Assembly (NCBI GenBank): GCA_000708835.1
Contig: DF237362.1
Location: forward strand, 18,673-82,672
Reading direction: 5' to 3'
DNA length: 64,000 nucleotides
DNA from: Klebsormidium nitens
Lineage: Eukaryota; Plantae; Klebsormidiophyceae
Shown: piece by piece, positions 35,412-47,587 of the stretch
How positions within the stretch are numbered: position 1 is the stretch's first letter
How the letters are laid out: each line of letters starts with the position of its first letter
Notes under the pieces: generated by a model
Seen by the model: the letters and a program-made list of their open reading frames with translations, nothing else
The model's database searches: none
Told to the model about the DNA's origin: nothing
Translations under genes and position numbers: made by a program

Positions 35412-38400
35412 TCACAGCTTTTTCAGAATGGCGGGACGCGCTATCTCGGGCGACGTCGTCCGTCTCCCAGCTTTGCGAGGCTTCGGCTTGCTGCGGACGT
35501 CCTGTAGCAACTCGATCATCCGTTTCTGCTCTTTCTCCGTAATCACGCTATACCCTTTGAGCTCCGACTTCTTTTCGTAAAGTGGCTTCCGCCTCGCGGC
35601 CGGCTGGGGCGACACCGCGTTGTTCAACACTGAATGTAACCCCGGAATCTCCAACTGCCCAAGTAGCTTGTTTTCCGTTCCGGCCTTCCGCCGATCCGGC
35701 ATCCGCGCCTTGTGCATCATCCGCTTCAAGAACGCCTTGTGGCTCTTCCCCTTGCGCGGTTCCGCGGCCTTCGAGAATTTCTCGCGCAGCGCGACCAGAT
35801 CGACGGACGCGAAGTCGCGCTTGAACCCCAGCTCGTCCTCGTCGCCGTCCGATAGCAGCCCATTCAGCCGCTCGCGCAGATGCGACCGCGGCCGCGAGGG
35901 CGCGCCGTCGGAGAACTCCTCCGACAGCTCCGCAGACAGCCGCTCTAGTTCCTGCTTGAACTCCGCGCGCTGGCGCGCGATCTCAAGGTCCGCGGCCGCG
36001 TTCTCCTCCTCCGCGGCCGCCCCGTTGACCTGCATACTCCTTCGATACCACTGCGACTGCCGGCGACCAAGCACGCCTTCCGGCGTTGCAACGCGCATGT
36101 TGAACCTCGGCATGTTGACCTTTTCAACCGGCGGGGGATAGTGCATCCGCGTTCCGGGCAGAATCGCCTTTCTCGCACCTCTTTCATCGATACCGACCCC
36201 CAAACCCGCAGCCCGATTCTGTTGCAGCATTTGCCGCCGCATTGCGCGCCGCACCCCCGACTCCAACGCACTCGGCTCGGGGGCTGGTGCATCTTTCCCG
36301 GGGGGTCCCGGTTCAAAGTTGAACGGCGGGCCGGGTTCCTGTATCGTCACCTGCGGCTCCAACACCGTCTTCGAGCGCATCGGTTTCGGCTCCCCGTCTT
36401 CTGAGGTCACCTCCTCTTCGGCGAACCTCATTCCCTTCGCCGGCGACATCATCACTTCCTCCGCATTTTGCGGTCGCCGCCTGTGCGAGATCCTCACCTT
36501 CCGTTCGACGTTCCCGTCGCTTTCTTCTGACAGCCCCGAGACTTCCGACACCAATTCCTCCAAAATTGTTTCGGTGACGCCCCGCGCAGTGCCCATTTCG
36601 CCCTCGGGACTAAGAAGCGATTCAAATTTCCGTTCTCCGTCCGAGCTCCGCGACGCCTCGCTAGACTTCCGAACGGAATCCGCGCTCCTCCGCTTCGGAC
36701 CGTCCTCTCCGGACGGACTCTGTGTCGTGAAGTCAGAGGCCCTCCGCTGGTGACCCTTCTTCCGATCATCCCTAAAGTCTGAGCTTCTCCTTTGAGCAAC
36801 CGGGGGCCGATCGGCGTACTCCGAACTCCTCCTAGGGGGGGACCGGCTCGTGGGATCGCTACCCCCCCGAGGGGCTTCGTCGCTCTTTCGGGTCGGTCTC
36901 CCCTTATCGTCCGACTGCTTCCACTGCGCGAAGAGGTCCGTAAAGCTCTGCGAGTCGGCGCGCGTTTTCGGGCTGCCCCGAAAGCTGCGACGTGGCGTGG
37001 TGCTACCGGAGTGTCTAGCGGACCGTCGCCGCGAATTGGATTCCAGATACGCGACGCTGGACGGATCCACGCTCTCCATCAGCTTCACCAGCTTATCGCC
37101 TATGGTATCCATCTTGGATAGCGTATCCTCCAGCTGCCGCGACTCGTCTGTGACGGGTTTCGGGGTTTCGGCCCACGTGCCCATCAGCATCGACCCGTTG
37201 ATGCTCATCGAGTTTCGTCGCTCGGGTTCGCGCCCCGAGCCTGGGTGAATGCGCGCGCACAGCGCGTCCAGGCCGCTGCGGATGGGCGCGATCAGCTCCA
37301 CCGCCTGCAAAGTTTTAAAAGAGTCGCTTGGATAAGGCAACAGGGATTTTGGTGGGCGGTCATGATGATAAAAATAAGAGTTCCAATGTGGTCGCGCTTC
37401 TTCACCAAACACGGAGAGGAGAGCTCTTAGCTGTAGGGGACACGTTAGACTGTATAGACCTCTCTGAGTAACGAGCGGGCCACGATGTTTCAACTACCGT
37501 TTCTTTGCTTTACCTCAGTGGTATGCAGCAGCCCAAATAACGGCGTCCTGGAACACCCAGAGCTTTTGAACAGGGAAGGTAAGTTTTCAAAGAAGAAATG
37601 TTTTGCTGAGAGACAGTCTCAGAACCCAAAACCCTCTTCTAGTGTTCATATCCTGACGGCTCACTCGAGACAGCCTTCTTACCCTCAGATCTCCTGGGGT
37701 TGCGTCTCCAGGGTTCTGAGAGCTTTCAGACTTAGCCCTCAGTTGGAATTACACCCAGATCGCGCGCGCGCCTCCAATTCCAAAAGCATACATAAGAAAT
37801 AAAAATAGGAAGAAGGACAGAAAGTTCTTTCTTTCCTCCGGAAGAAGAGGATAGACGTTGCCCGAGGCCCTCACCTGATGATAAACCCTGATTGCCCGCG
37901 TGAGCCGCGCCTCGCTCTTGATCATGCGGCTCTCGATGTCGCCCGTCGACCGCTTCTGGTACGCCTCGTCAACCCCCTCTAGTTGCAGCTCGCGCTTGTG
38001 CAGAATGAGGGTCTGGAGGGTTTGGTTCAGCCGCTCGAACGAGTCGTGCGCGCGCGATTTCTGGAGCTCCAGCGTGCTGTGGGTCTGGTCCCGGGTTAGC
38101 ATCTTAACCAGGAACAGGTTCGGGTCGCTCACGCCGGTCGCCTCCAGAATGCGCTCCGCGAGGGCGGCCCTGAGGAAACAAGAGGTTCAGGGTTTAGGGC
38201 GTATGATTGCGCAGATTTAACGTAACGACGGGGGGAGCCGCCAACGACGGCACTCGCCATAAAGATATTTCGCATACCGCATGGGAGACTATAATTATGG
38301 GGAAAAGCAAGAAACAAACAAGTCTGAAAGAATGGGCTAAAGAGTTCCATTGGGCGACTTGATACGTTCGCAGGGCCTTCTCTCGCGGGTGCGGCTTCGG

Positions 38401-41400
38401 AAACCTGAAGATGTTTTGATTGTCCTTGGTCTTCAACGCTGTTTATAGCAACATCTGATTCTCACATCCGGATGGCTATGTTGCTAGCTGTGTCTGCGTG
38501 CAAAATTGTACGCTTTATGGTGCAAGATAGAACTCCAAGAGGAGCACCAGTTCCTCCCTTCCTCCAAGCTTCGCAACAGGTTCGCGCTAGCTCCCAAGCT
38601 TGCAGCCCTCCTTGAAGAAGCAATTACTCAGAACCCTCGGATTCCGCATCCACATGCCAGACTCACTCACCTAGCATTTCGAACCAAGACCCACTCGTTT
38701 GAAATTCAGAACCATACTTCCAGACTTACTCGTCTAGAACTTCCAGCTTGGCCATCCCCCCTTCCGCCCCGAGCGGCAGGCCCTCCTCCGCCGCTTTCAG
38801 CCGCCGCAGTCGCTCCATTCTCCGCTGGCTCTCCTCGTTCTTCATTCGCGCGAGGACCTGCGCTTGCTTCTCCTGCCGCCGCACCTCGCGCATCCGGCTC
38901 TCCTTGATGTCGGCAATGCCCAACCGCAGGAAATCGAGCTCCTGCCGGGAATGAGTAAAAGTGGTTTCAACTTGATGTGTAAAGGGTTTTGGAGTTTGTT
39001 TTGGCAGGTTGCAGGCTGTCGTTACCACTATCGTCTCGCTCTAATGGCACTCTAATATCTCTTGCGAGCGTTGTGAGACTGTCTAGATCCGGCTATCTTT
39101 GATGTCGGCAATGCTCGAGCTCCTGCAACAGAAGGGTCAATACAACGATCTTCAACATGCTATCCAGAAGTCGAGCTTCTGACGTGGAAAGAACTAACAA
39201 GCTTTGATATGCTGTTTAAAAGCTGTTTGGTATGGCGTCTTGGGGTACAGGCTTTCAATACGACTTTAGTTCTTGCTCTTTCTATACATCTTTCTCTCGC
39301 AAAAAGTTGCGACACTGTCTAGCTGCAGCCGGTCCCGGAAGTCCAGTATCGGTCCGCATCTTTGGACGGGTTGAAACGGATGCATTACGCAACACGGCAT
39401 TAATGGGTCAGATCAGAGATGAAACGGTAATCAAGGGATGAAGGACGCTGATGGGCTGCGCAGCGGAAGTTTACCTTTTTACGGTGCTCCCGTTCTTCCG
39501 CCTGCTTAGCCTTCAGTTCTTCAAGCTCCTCAAGCGACAATTGCTTCGCCCGGTTAGCCTCTGCTAGCTTGACCTGCGGGCAGACACGTTCGTGACGTAA
39601 GCCACAGAGCTTTGCAGCGTCAGCTACGGACTTAAACGAGGCCCTTAACCAGTGCTCTATACAATCCAATGGGCCAAACTCAGACCATAAACACGTAAAA
39701 ATAAGGCGTCACAAAGAAGCGGGTCAGACAGAAAAGAAATACACTTGGAGGGCAGCATCTAAAACTTTGAGCGGACAGTGATGCTGGGAAAACCAAGTTG
39801 GACCCGTTGATTACGGTACGTCGAATCGAGCTTCCAAGAGCGACGCAGGCCTGGAGAGAGCTGAAGATGTCAAAGGAGCAAGTCGGTCTAGCAGTCGCAC
39901 TCACGTTCGTCTCGACAATCTGCCCCTCCGTCTTGGCGCGGCTGTCCCGCATAAGTGCCACCATTGCCTGCATTTCCCGCTTTAGGTCCACCATTCTCTT
40001 AAGCAGCATCTTCAGAGTGGTGCTGTTGCGCCACGCCTCCGCCTGGCCCAGCTCAATCCCGTCCAACTCTTCCTGCGGACGCAAACGCTGGATCTTTGAG
40101 TCTTGATCGTCTAGATTCTTTTGAGCAGATTCGTTCTGCGGGATTTGGCGCTGAGGTCTGGGGAACCCCTGAGAGGCTGGTCCAGTTCTCAGAGGGGTTG
40201 CACGGCTCTGTGGGCTTGCAATTTCAAGCATCCCTCCAACCGTTCTCACGGGTGAGGCTGTCGCAAGCTGACTGACTTCGGTGATTTTGCCAGCCCTTGG
40301 AACGAGGGTATGAAATGCATATAATGAAAATCTAAAGCTTCATCTTAAGAGGATCGAGTATAGAGCTCCAAATCTTATACGTGATTTCAGCGGTGCCTGC
40401 TTTGCCATAGCCCAAGTAGCAGTCCCACTAGTTTGGTCTACATCGCGAGACCTCAGTCGGCAACACTGAAGGCTCCGAGGGTTCTGCAAATCTGCATTCG
40501 GAACTCAACATTGCAAAAGTGTCATGCGCAGCAAGACCCCTTTTTTTGAGCGCCCGTCCTTCTTGGCTGCTTGGCTCTCCGGTGCGTCTGCGGCCGCTCG
40601 CACTCGTGCCAAGGATCAAGGATACAAAACTTCTTTCGTTTGAAAGTAAAGCGTTTGAAGATCCTAGACACCCCTGAAAAGCCGTGAGTACGAGCAAACG
40701 TGGCTTTTCCGCTTCGCCTGCAGCCGCTCGTAATCGGCTGAGTACTCAGCGGAAATTGACATCAAACATTTCCCTGTTGAAACTTCCTGGACTCCATGAT
40801 GAAGACGCAGTACTCGTAGCTTCTATCGCAAGCCTCTAAGTTCCCAAGGGCGCCCGCCTCCTGACTCTGCCCAGTCCTCAAGTACGTCGGAGTCGAAATG
40901 TCCTCCTTTCTATCTATAAAGTGGAAGTTGTCTAACGTAAGCACTCGCCTGCTTGGCTTTCCGCTCCGCCTGCAGCCGCTCAAATTCCGCCCAGTCCTGC
41001 TCGAGCATCATTTTCCGATGCACGTGCGCCACGTCCTGCATCTCCTGCAGCCTCTCCAGCAGCTGCACGTGCAGCCGGCTGAACTCCACGCGCTTCGCGC
41101 CGATCTGCCGCACCAGCTCCTCCTCCTCCGTCGTCTGCAAAAACCATTCAACAGTTGGCGGGTATTATTCGTCATTTTGGTATTTGTTGCGCAAGTGAAC
41201 AACGAGCTTCATGTAAGCATTGAACCGAATTGAAAGGTCAAACTAGAGGGTTACGCAGTTCGCGCCGATGCCGGACCAGCTCCTCCTCCTCCGTCTGCCT
41301 GATGCATGGCGCGGACAACTTCGGATTTGGCTGGTGTTATCTGCCCTTTTGCTTGGTACCTCTCAGTCTGATGAAAATAAGCGCTGAACCTAACCAAACG

Positions 41401-43298
41401 CCAGAAACAAAAAAATGAGCGCTTCGCGCCGATCTGCCGCACCAGCTCCTCCTCCTCCGTCGTCTACAACAATCATATGGCTTAAGATTCAGTGCTCCTC
41501 GGTGACGCTGCTCCGGTGCTCGAGGGCTGCCAGCCTGAGCTAAAGGAGATTGCTATCAACGGCTGCGACTCTGAGTTGTGCTTTTGCACGCATTTTCCTA
41601 ATTATCCACTTATGCTTAACGCATGTTGGAAAACGTTGCGTTGTATTTCCCGAAAGGAAGTACATGTGGACGGGCTTACAGGAAGGAGAATAGAATCGAG
41701 CGGACCTTCAGGCAGCGTCATTTCTAGAAACGGCATATTGTGGGCATCAGACGTTTGTTCACCCACTTTCTGTCTTTCTTCCCCCAACAGGATGCCTATC
41801 TCTTTTTCCGCCCGACCTTAGCAAGAGGGCTACGATACAAAAAGGTCGTGGTCGTCCAACAAAAAGCGACAGAGGCGCCAGCGGACCTGCTCACATTAAG
41901 AGCCGTTTCCTTCCACATGGCGCAGATGGCCATGGCCCGACCGAAACCCAAGTGCGGGCGTGTGAAAATTTGCCTTTTACGTTTTCAAAAGAAGTTAGGG
42001 GACGCGAGGAGGAAAAGCGAGCAGACTGCTTCGATGGCCGAGAACTGTGTAAAGACCAATCAGCAGCCGCCACTCACCACGTGCAGATGCGCTGTATATT
42101 CCCCCTCGACGTAGAATGACGCGACCGGGGACGCCACCCGGGACATGGACGCCTCCATTTCGGGGCTCGGCGCGGAGGTCGTCACCCGGAGGCGGGACCC
42201 CGGGACAGCTGTCCGGGCCTGCCGGCGTATGCTCGAGGCAAAAAAGCCCATCTCGCTGATGGCCCGAAAGTGGGGGTTGCGTGAGGGCCATCGAACCTCC
42301 TCCTACAAGCATACGCTATGGTGTCAAGGCGAGTCCCAGGCGGTAAGTGTAAGTCAAGTTCGGCTCCAAGCGTTTTGATGACCCTGATTCAGTTCCGAGC
42401 GGATTCTGTAAGTGATTAGCTGGGGAGCGCTTCCCAGAGAGCTCTGCCAGGCTGCATTTGGTAACTTTACCCGCTTTTGAGCCAATTACAGGAACAAACG
42501 TTGGAAGCTACTCTGCGCACTGATGGACTTCGCTGACTCAAACAGACTGGCCGCTGGAACTCTTGGTGGAGACGGAAAGACAGCCAAAACCGATTGGATA
42601 AGGACCAGTCCTGCGGTCCTGCGGTCCTTCTCTGGTTGCTGAAGGAGTAAGTCGTCGTTGGAAGTTGCGCCAGGTCTTTCAAGGTGTTTAGGGAAGCAGC
42701 ACATGGGTTCCGACAGCTCTTGGACGTCACAAGCGGGCCCCGTTCCAGTCAATATCTTCTCAGAACGTTTAGCAAGTGAAGTCCTATTTCATATTTTTTG
42801 CTGGACGGCGTCACCACACCTGCAGCCGTCACGCTTTCAGATTGATGCCAGCTGTCACCTACCCGCAATCAAAAGTCAGGGACCCTTGGTTGAGACTGCT
42901 TGACGCTTGACTCTTCCTGATGCCAAGTTCGTCATGTGTCTGACGAAAGCTACTTGTTTGAAAGGAACGCAGCCTCACCTGTCGGGCAGTGGAGGGTCGT
43001 GAAGGTCTGCCGCTTTCTGGTGAGTAAGAAGTAGACGTTGGAGAAGAGCTCCGTTCATTGACCTGAGAGGCAGAAAGAGCAGCTTCTTAGAGCCAGAACA
43101 TTATTGCCCTGCAATGAGAACCTGTCACTGCATGAGCATCTACATTTATGAAGAAAGCAGACCGCACCGTAATTGCTAGAGCGCAAGCGTTGGCGAAACA
43201 CTCACATATGGTTCTGGGGTTTGCAGCCACTTGGTAAAGTTCTCCCCCGTCTCTGTAGGCGCATTGCTGCTGGGGCTGTCTTCTGTCCCGTCCTCCAT
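35412..43298 (-). CDS. Long coiled-coil protein resembling outer-dynein-arm docking complex subunits (ODA-DC1/CCDC151-like) with a ~630-aa low-complexity C-terminal exon; supported exons 43206-43298, 42979-43062, ~42077-42251+, 40949-41134, 39905-40135, 39475-39573, 38730-38941, 37875-38169, 35412-37304
   Basis: Exons from 41134 to the stop are phase-consistent and E/K/R/Q-rich. The motif ERILEATGVSDPNLFLVKMLTRDQTHSTL recalls the I.EATGVSD.NE...KF...T segment of ODA3/CCDC151 (from memory). The 5' exons between 42252 and 42978 are unresolved. Confidence 0.6.
41135..41475 (-). repeat. Two intronic copies of acceptor + exon start (TTEEEELVRQIGAKR) in the coiled-coil gene
   Basis: The copy starting at 41464 matches the functional exon start (41134) over ~45 nt and has an intact gttgtag acceptor. 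The copy near 41295 has short deletions. Confidence 0.9.
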
Positions 43299-45672
43299 GT
43301 CTGGACCAAGACCTCCCTGCACAGAGAACGAAGATCAACGAATTGCTTAGATCTCTTACCGTTCGAGATCTGCCACCACTATCCACAATGTTTTTGACAC
43401 AAATCTGTCTGGGACTGAATTCACCTCACTGAAAGAGTAATCTTTAGAAAAACAATTCATCCTTAAGCATCTCCCAATTAATAGCTGGCTTTGGTTATCC
43501 GAAACTCCCACTTTGTGTCAACGGCAAGGGCACTCAGCTTTCCAGGCAATATTCAGCAAGCTGCCGGCTGACGGGCAGCCGACTTATTTGATGGAATACT
43601 TGGATGCAGCTAAGATCTGCTTGAGTGTGGCAGTTGAAATCCGGTGAAAAGCAAGCAACGTCATTGATCTCAACATTCAGGGCGGGTAGCATTGCGTGAT
43701 ATTGGCTCCAAATGTTAGAGGCCATCCACGTTTTCTTTTTGTACTTCCAACGGATCAAGAGAGCCTTCTTGGAGATGATGCAGCAATCAGTGCTGTCCAC
43801 GCTACTTTGAAACTGGGAGCTAGCTTGCTCAATGCTTAGAAAGTTCACAACCTCGGTGGGCACCAAAATAAGGAAGTAGCAGCTCCGAATGCTCGCTGCA
43901 TTACCTCTGCCAGGAAACACTTCTAATAATTACTATGAATGAGCAAGGGATTGCCTTTCTATGGGTATAGGCAGAAGCCAGCATTGCACCGTTGATCTGA
44001 AGAAAAAGTATGCCACAGCTATCCACCCCCAAAAGCCCAAAAAGCAGAGCAACTGCATCAGGGTGAAAAGCCCACAAGCTTTCTCCTGCCCCAGCTAACT
44101 TTTGCAGACTGTCAATCTCTGGTGGTCCATTCAATCGTCACAGCTCACCTTCCAATAAGTCTATGGTCAGCTGTAGGTGCTCATTTGCCGCCTATTAAGT
44201 AAAGTTCCGACACAAGTTGACCTTGGCGCGCTGGACAATATACCATTGCACTCTCGCGGAGAAAGGCAGCTCTCCACCTCGATCAACGAGAACTTACGAC
44301 ATCTTCAAAAGGTAAGAAGGAATTTGAGATACTACTGTAGGAGTAGATACGCACGATCACTGCCTCTTCCGATGGGCCGTTCTGAGCTCCTTGTTTTGGT
44401 GAGTGGGTGATTCTTTCCTCTAGTGCACAGTGCCACAGAGCCGAGCATCGGTCAGAGACCGCCAATTTCGCTTTCCTCGGTGACCTATGCACTCTCCTCT
44501 CCCCGTGCACGCAAGCAAGCTCAGTACAAGCTCTTGTCTCTTTGCTGCTTGCAGCTCTTCGGACCACACCATGATGATAACCATAAACTCTAATAGTAAT
44601 AAGGATCTTAGGTACTGAAAGTACTCAATTTCTCGGCTTAACCAACACTAAAGCCCTAAGGACAAGATGACCTGCTCCGCACCCGAACCCACCCTAACCA
44701 CCAAACTAACCCCACCCGTACTCGTGTACCTTAAGTTCCTTATTACTATTAAAGTTTATCCCTATCCATGATGGTACATCAAGACAACGTACCACAATAC
44801 TTGGACCCCATTCTGCTGGCAACAAGCACCTACCTACTGCTCCGCTTTTGTCATTGAGTGCTTGTCTCCATTTCTGCGCCTGTGGCCCAGACTGGGTGGG
44901 CTGGCACAGGCCAGACTGCTGAACTGTGGACAAAACCCCCGTTTACCTACCACGAATTCAATGTTTTTGGTGCGCGCGCGCCGATTGACCAATCAGGTTT
45001 GAGCCGTCGATGCCCGTGCCAGTGGAGCTGGGCAAAATTACGCTTGCCGTATTCACACTTGGTTTTTGGCGCTGATTGTTTCTGCAGAAGGCCCTTACTA
45101 GTTCTCTCTTGCCTGAAGGACCTGGCAAGCCGCTTGCTGAACTTTGCCAGAAGGTACAGGGGCAAAGGTATTCAGCTTAGCGCGAGAGGTGGAAGGAGAA
45201 CTGGAAGAGAGTTGCAAAGTCAAGTGGTGATTGGAGAATCTGCAGTAGTATCCCAAAAGTCCCACTAGGATTGGCAGTTCCTTCGCATGCACCAGCTGGA
45301 CCACTGTGTCTAGTCCATACAGCTGATTTCAAGGAGGGTCCAAAGCCCCTTATCGCAGCTTTCTGCTGAGGGCGCGGCGCCGTTGTGTTCTAATCACAAA
45401 TAGACTGGCTCTACTGAAGAAGCGACGTCCAATTTCCGTATCATAGCTTTTGTGCCTTTTCTTGACACAATGTGCTGAGAAGTGGAAACAGCCGGAGTAA
45501 TTAAAATGCTGGACAGGAGCAGCACCTGTCAGATTGTTTTCGGACCGTACCTACAGTACTAATCAACAAGCGTGCCTCCTAACTTGAAACAGTGCACGGC
45601 AAAAGAACTCTTTTCTCAGAGCTGTGATAATATTTCACTGCTCGGCCGCTGATTGCGCTGGGCTGTAGAATC

Positions 45673-45876
45673 ATGGCAAAGGCAGGGATTGTTATGAGAG
45701 CAGCTGGAGCGGGCTTGATTGCCATTTTTGCCAAGGGTGCTGCTTTGGCCAAAGCTGGCGGTGGGGTTAAGGGCCTGACAGTTGCTGCCACTGCCGCAGC
45801 TGCAGCGGCTGCTGCTACAGTGAGTGGAAAGAAAGGGCAAAGTGAGGAACAAACAAATACAACGTCGGATCATTAA
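45673..45876 (+). CDS. Small Ala/Gly-rich hydrophobic protein (67 aa), function unknown
   Basis: ATG-started ORF preceded by a plausible acceptor (gctgtag|aatc ATG). It has protein-like composition (GAGLIAIFAKGAALAK...TAAAAAAAAT). A CCAAT motif and GC run lie upstream near 44975-44995. Confidence 0.45.
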   Translation: MAKAGIVMRAAGAGLIAIFAKGAALAKAGGGVKGLTVAATAAAAAAAATVSGKKGQSEEQTNTTSDH

Positions 45877-46906
45877 GCACAAGCATACCTAGATGCACTC
45901 CACAGAAACATTTTTTTGCTCTTTGCTCTCTTACGTGGATCAAAGATGAATTGGGAAGAAGCCAGGAAGAAGCTGAAATAGCAGTCAAATTGAACTTTGG
46001 CTTCGAGAACACCAAGTCACTGATTAGGCGGAGAGGCGGAAGCCAGCAGGCTTGCGAGGTGCTTCCATCAGAAGCTGTCTTTTCTGTGCTATGCTTTTTG
46101 AGCACGCTATGGTTACTTCTTGCTAAGTGTCAGCGATTTACTCCTTTCACTAGTGCTTGCTAGTGACTCAGAGGCGATGGTTGAATGGTTTCCTTTCTTT
46201 AGGTTCAACTTCTTCGGGAAACTGCAATCCAATTTCAACTCGGAATCCCGGTTTGCGGACGATTCGAAGCGGATTGGTTCATTCTAACAGCACCCTACTG
46301 GATCTTTGATCCACTCTAGTCTCCGTCTTAAGCATCTGATTCTACCACAACCACATTTGTCAGGTTCTGATTGTGGCTCAACCACGTTCTGTTTGGCTCG
46401 GGCCCAGCTGCAGACTAACAGAGGCTGGGGACATGGATTAGTATGAAAGACGTGCAAGTTTTCATGATATGCTTCTTGCCGAAGGCTGTGCGTGCTAGCA
46501 ATATTTCAGGACGCGACAATTTTGGTTTCAGTGGGCATTGGAGTCTTCCGGCTTCTCTTCTTTATAAGGCCATGCGGTTGTCTTCGAGATATGTATTAGT
46601 GGGCTTATCAAGCTTACAAAGCTCATACTTCTTCTACTTGTTATCCAAATCATCTTGCGTCAAACTCCTTTTGACTAACAACAATACTGAAAGCCAATAT
46701 CATGTCATGACACATGCACTGACCATTTTAACAAATACACATGTGAATTTGTTCTTTAAAATCCATATCGATCGAATTGCCGAAGAATCTGATCGAGCCT
46801 TCTTATCCTTGGCCTTTATGGGCAGGCTAGTATCCATCATTGTCACGGTGTCCGATGGATTGCACATGTGGTTCATCTGACATATAGGTCCGCGTAGCTA
46901 AATCTT

Positions 46907-46934
46907 AGCAAGTTGGGTCGCGACCCAACTTGCT
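46907..46934. repeat. Perfect 28-bp palindrome (no loop)
   Basis: agcaagttgggtcg|cgacccaacttgct; it extends to 46902-46939 with one mismatched pair. Confidence 0.95.
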
Positions 46935-47587
46935 CAGATGGCAAGATAGAAATGAGGGACTAAAGGGGTGCCGTTCATAATGTATATACGGGGTATATAC
47001 TGATTGTCAAATCAAATTGCTTTTTCATTATGCATCAAATTGTATGCAGGGGGTACAAATCCATTACGGGAAGGTGAATGTGTCGAGCTAAAAATCAAGG
47101 TGCATCACACGATACACGTACTGGCCAAGCTATGAAAGCTGCCAGCACCCGTCTCGATCACAATCTTTTGGTTGAGTGACTTCTTCAGAAGAATGAAGAC
47201 AGAGGGACAGACAGTGTGCATGCAAATTCTTCCACAGATGGGCCACAGATCTTCCTAGCTCTGGAGGTGCTCTTTCGAATCGGCATTTTAATATTAATAC
47301 TATGATTTATCTGGAGTCGTCCGTGCAGCTTTCCGACGCTAGACACCGCATTTCTTGCCGGTATGTGCTACGTGAAAATTTTTCCTGCCACCGTCCAGTT
47401 TTACGTAGGATGAGCAAAGAACCGTCTTGCTTGCCGGTTCTCTTTCGCTTGACAGTTCACGAATCACTTGATCTTTCAGTGCAGAACCGTTATTTATAAA
47501 TGGTGCACCGTGTAGATGGGAAGATTGGTTTCAAAACTCTGACGCTTTGAGCAGGTCTGCATTGCCTCCTTGCGCTGCCGCCAATCC

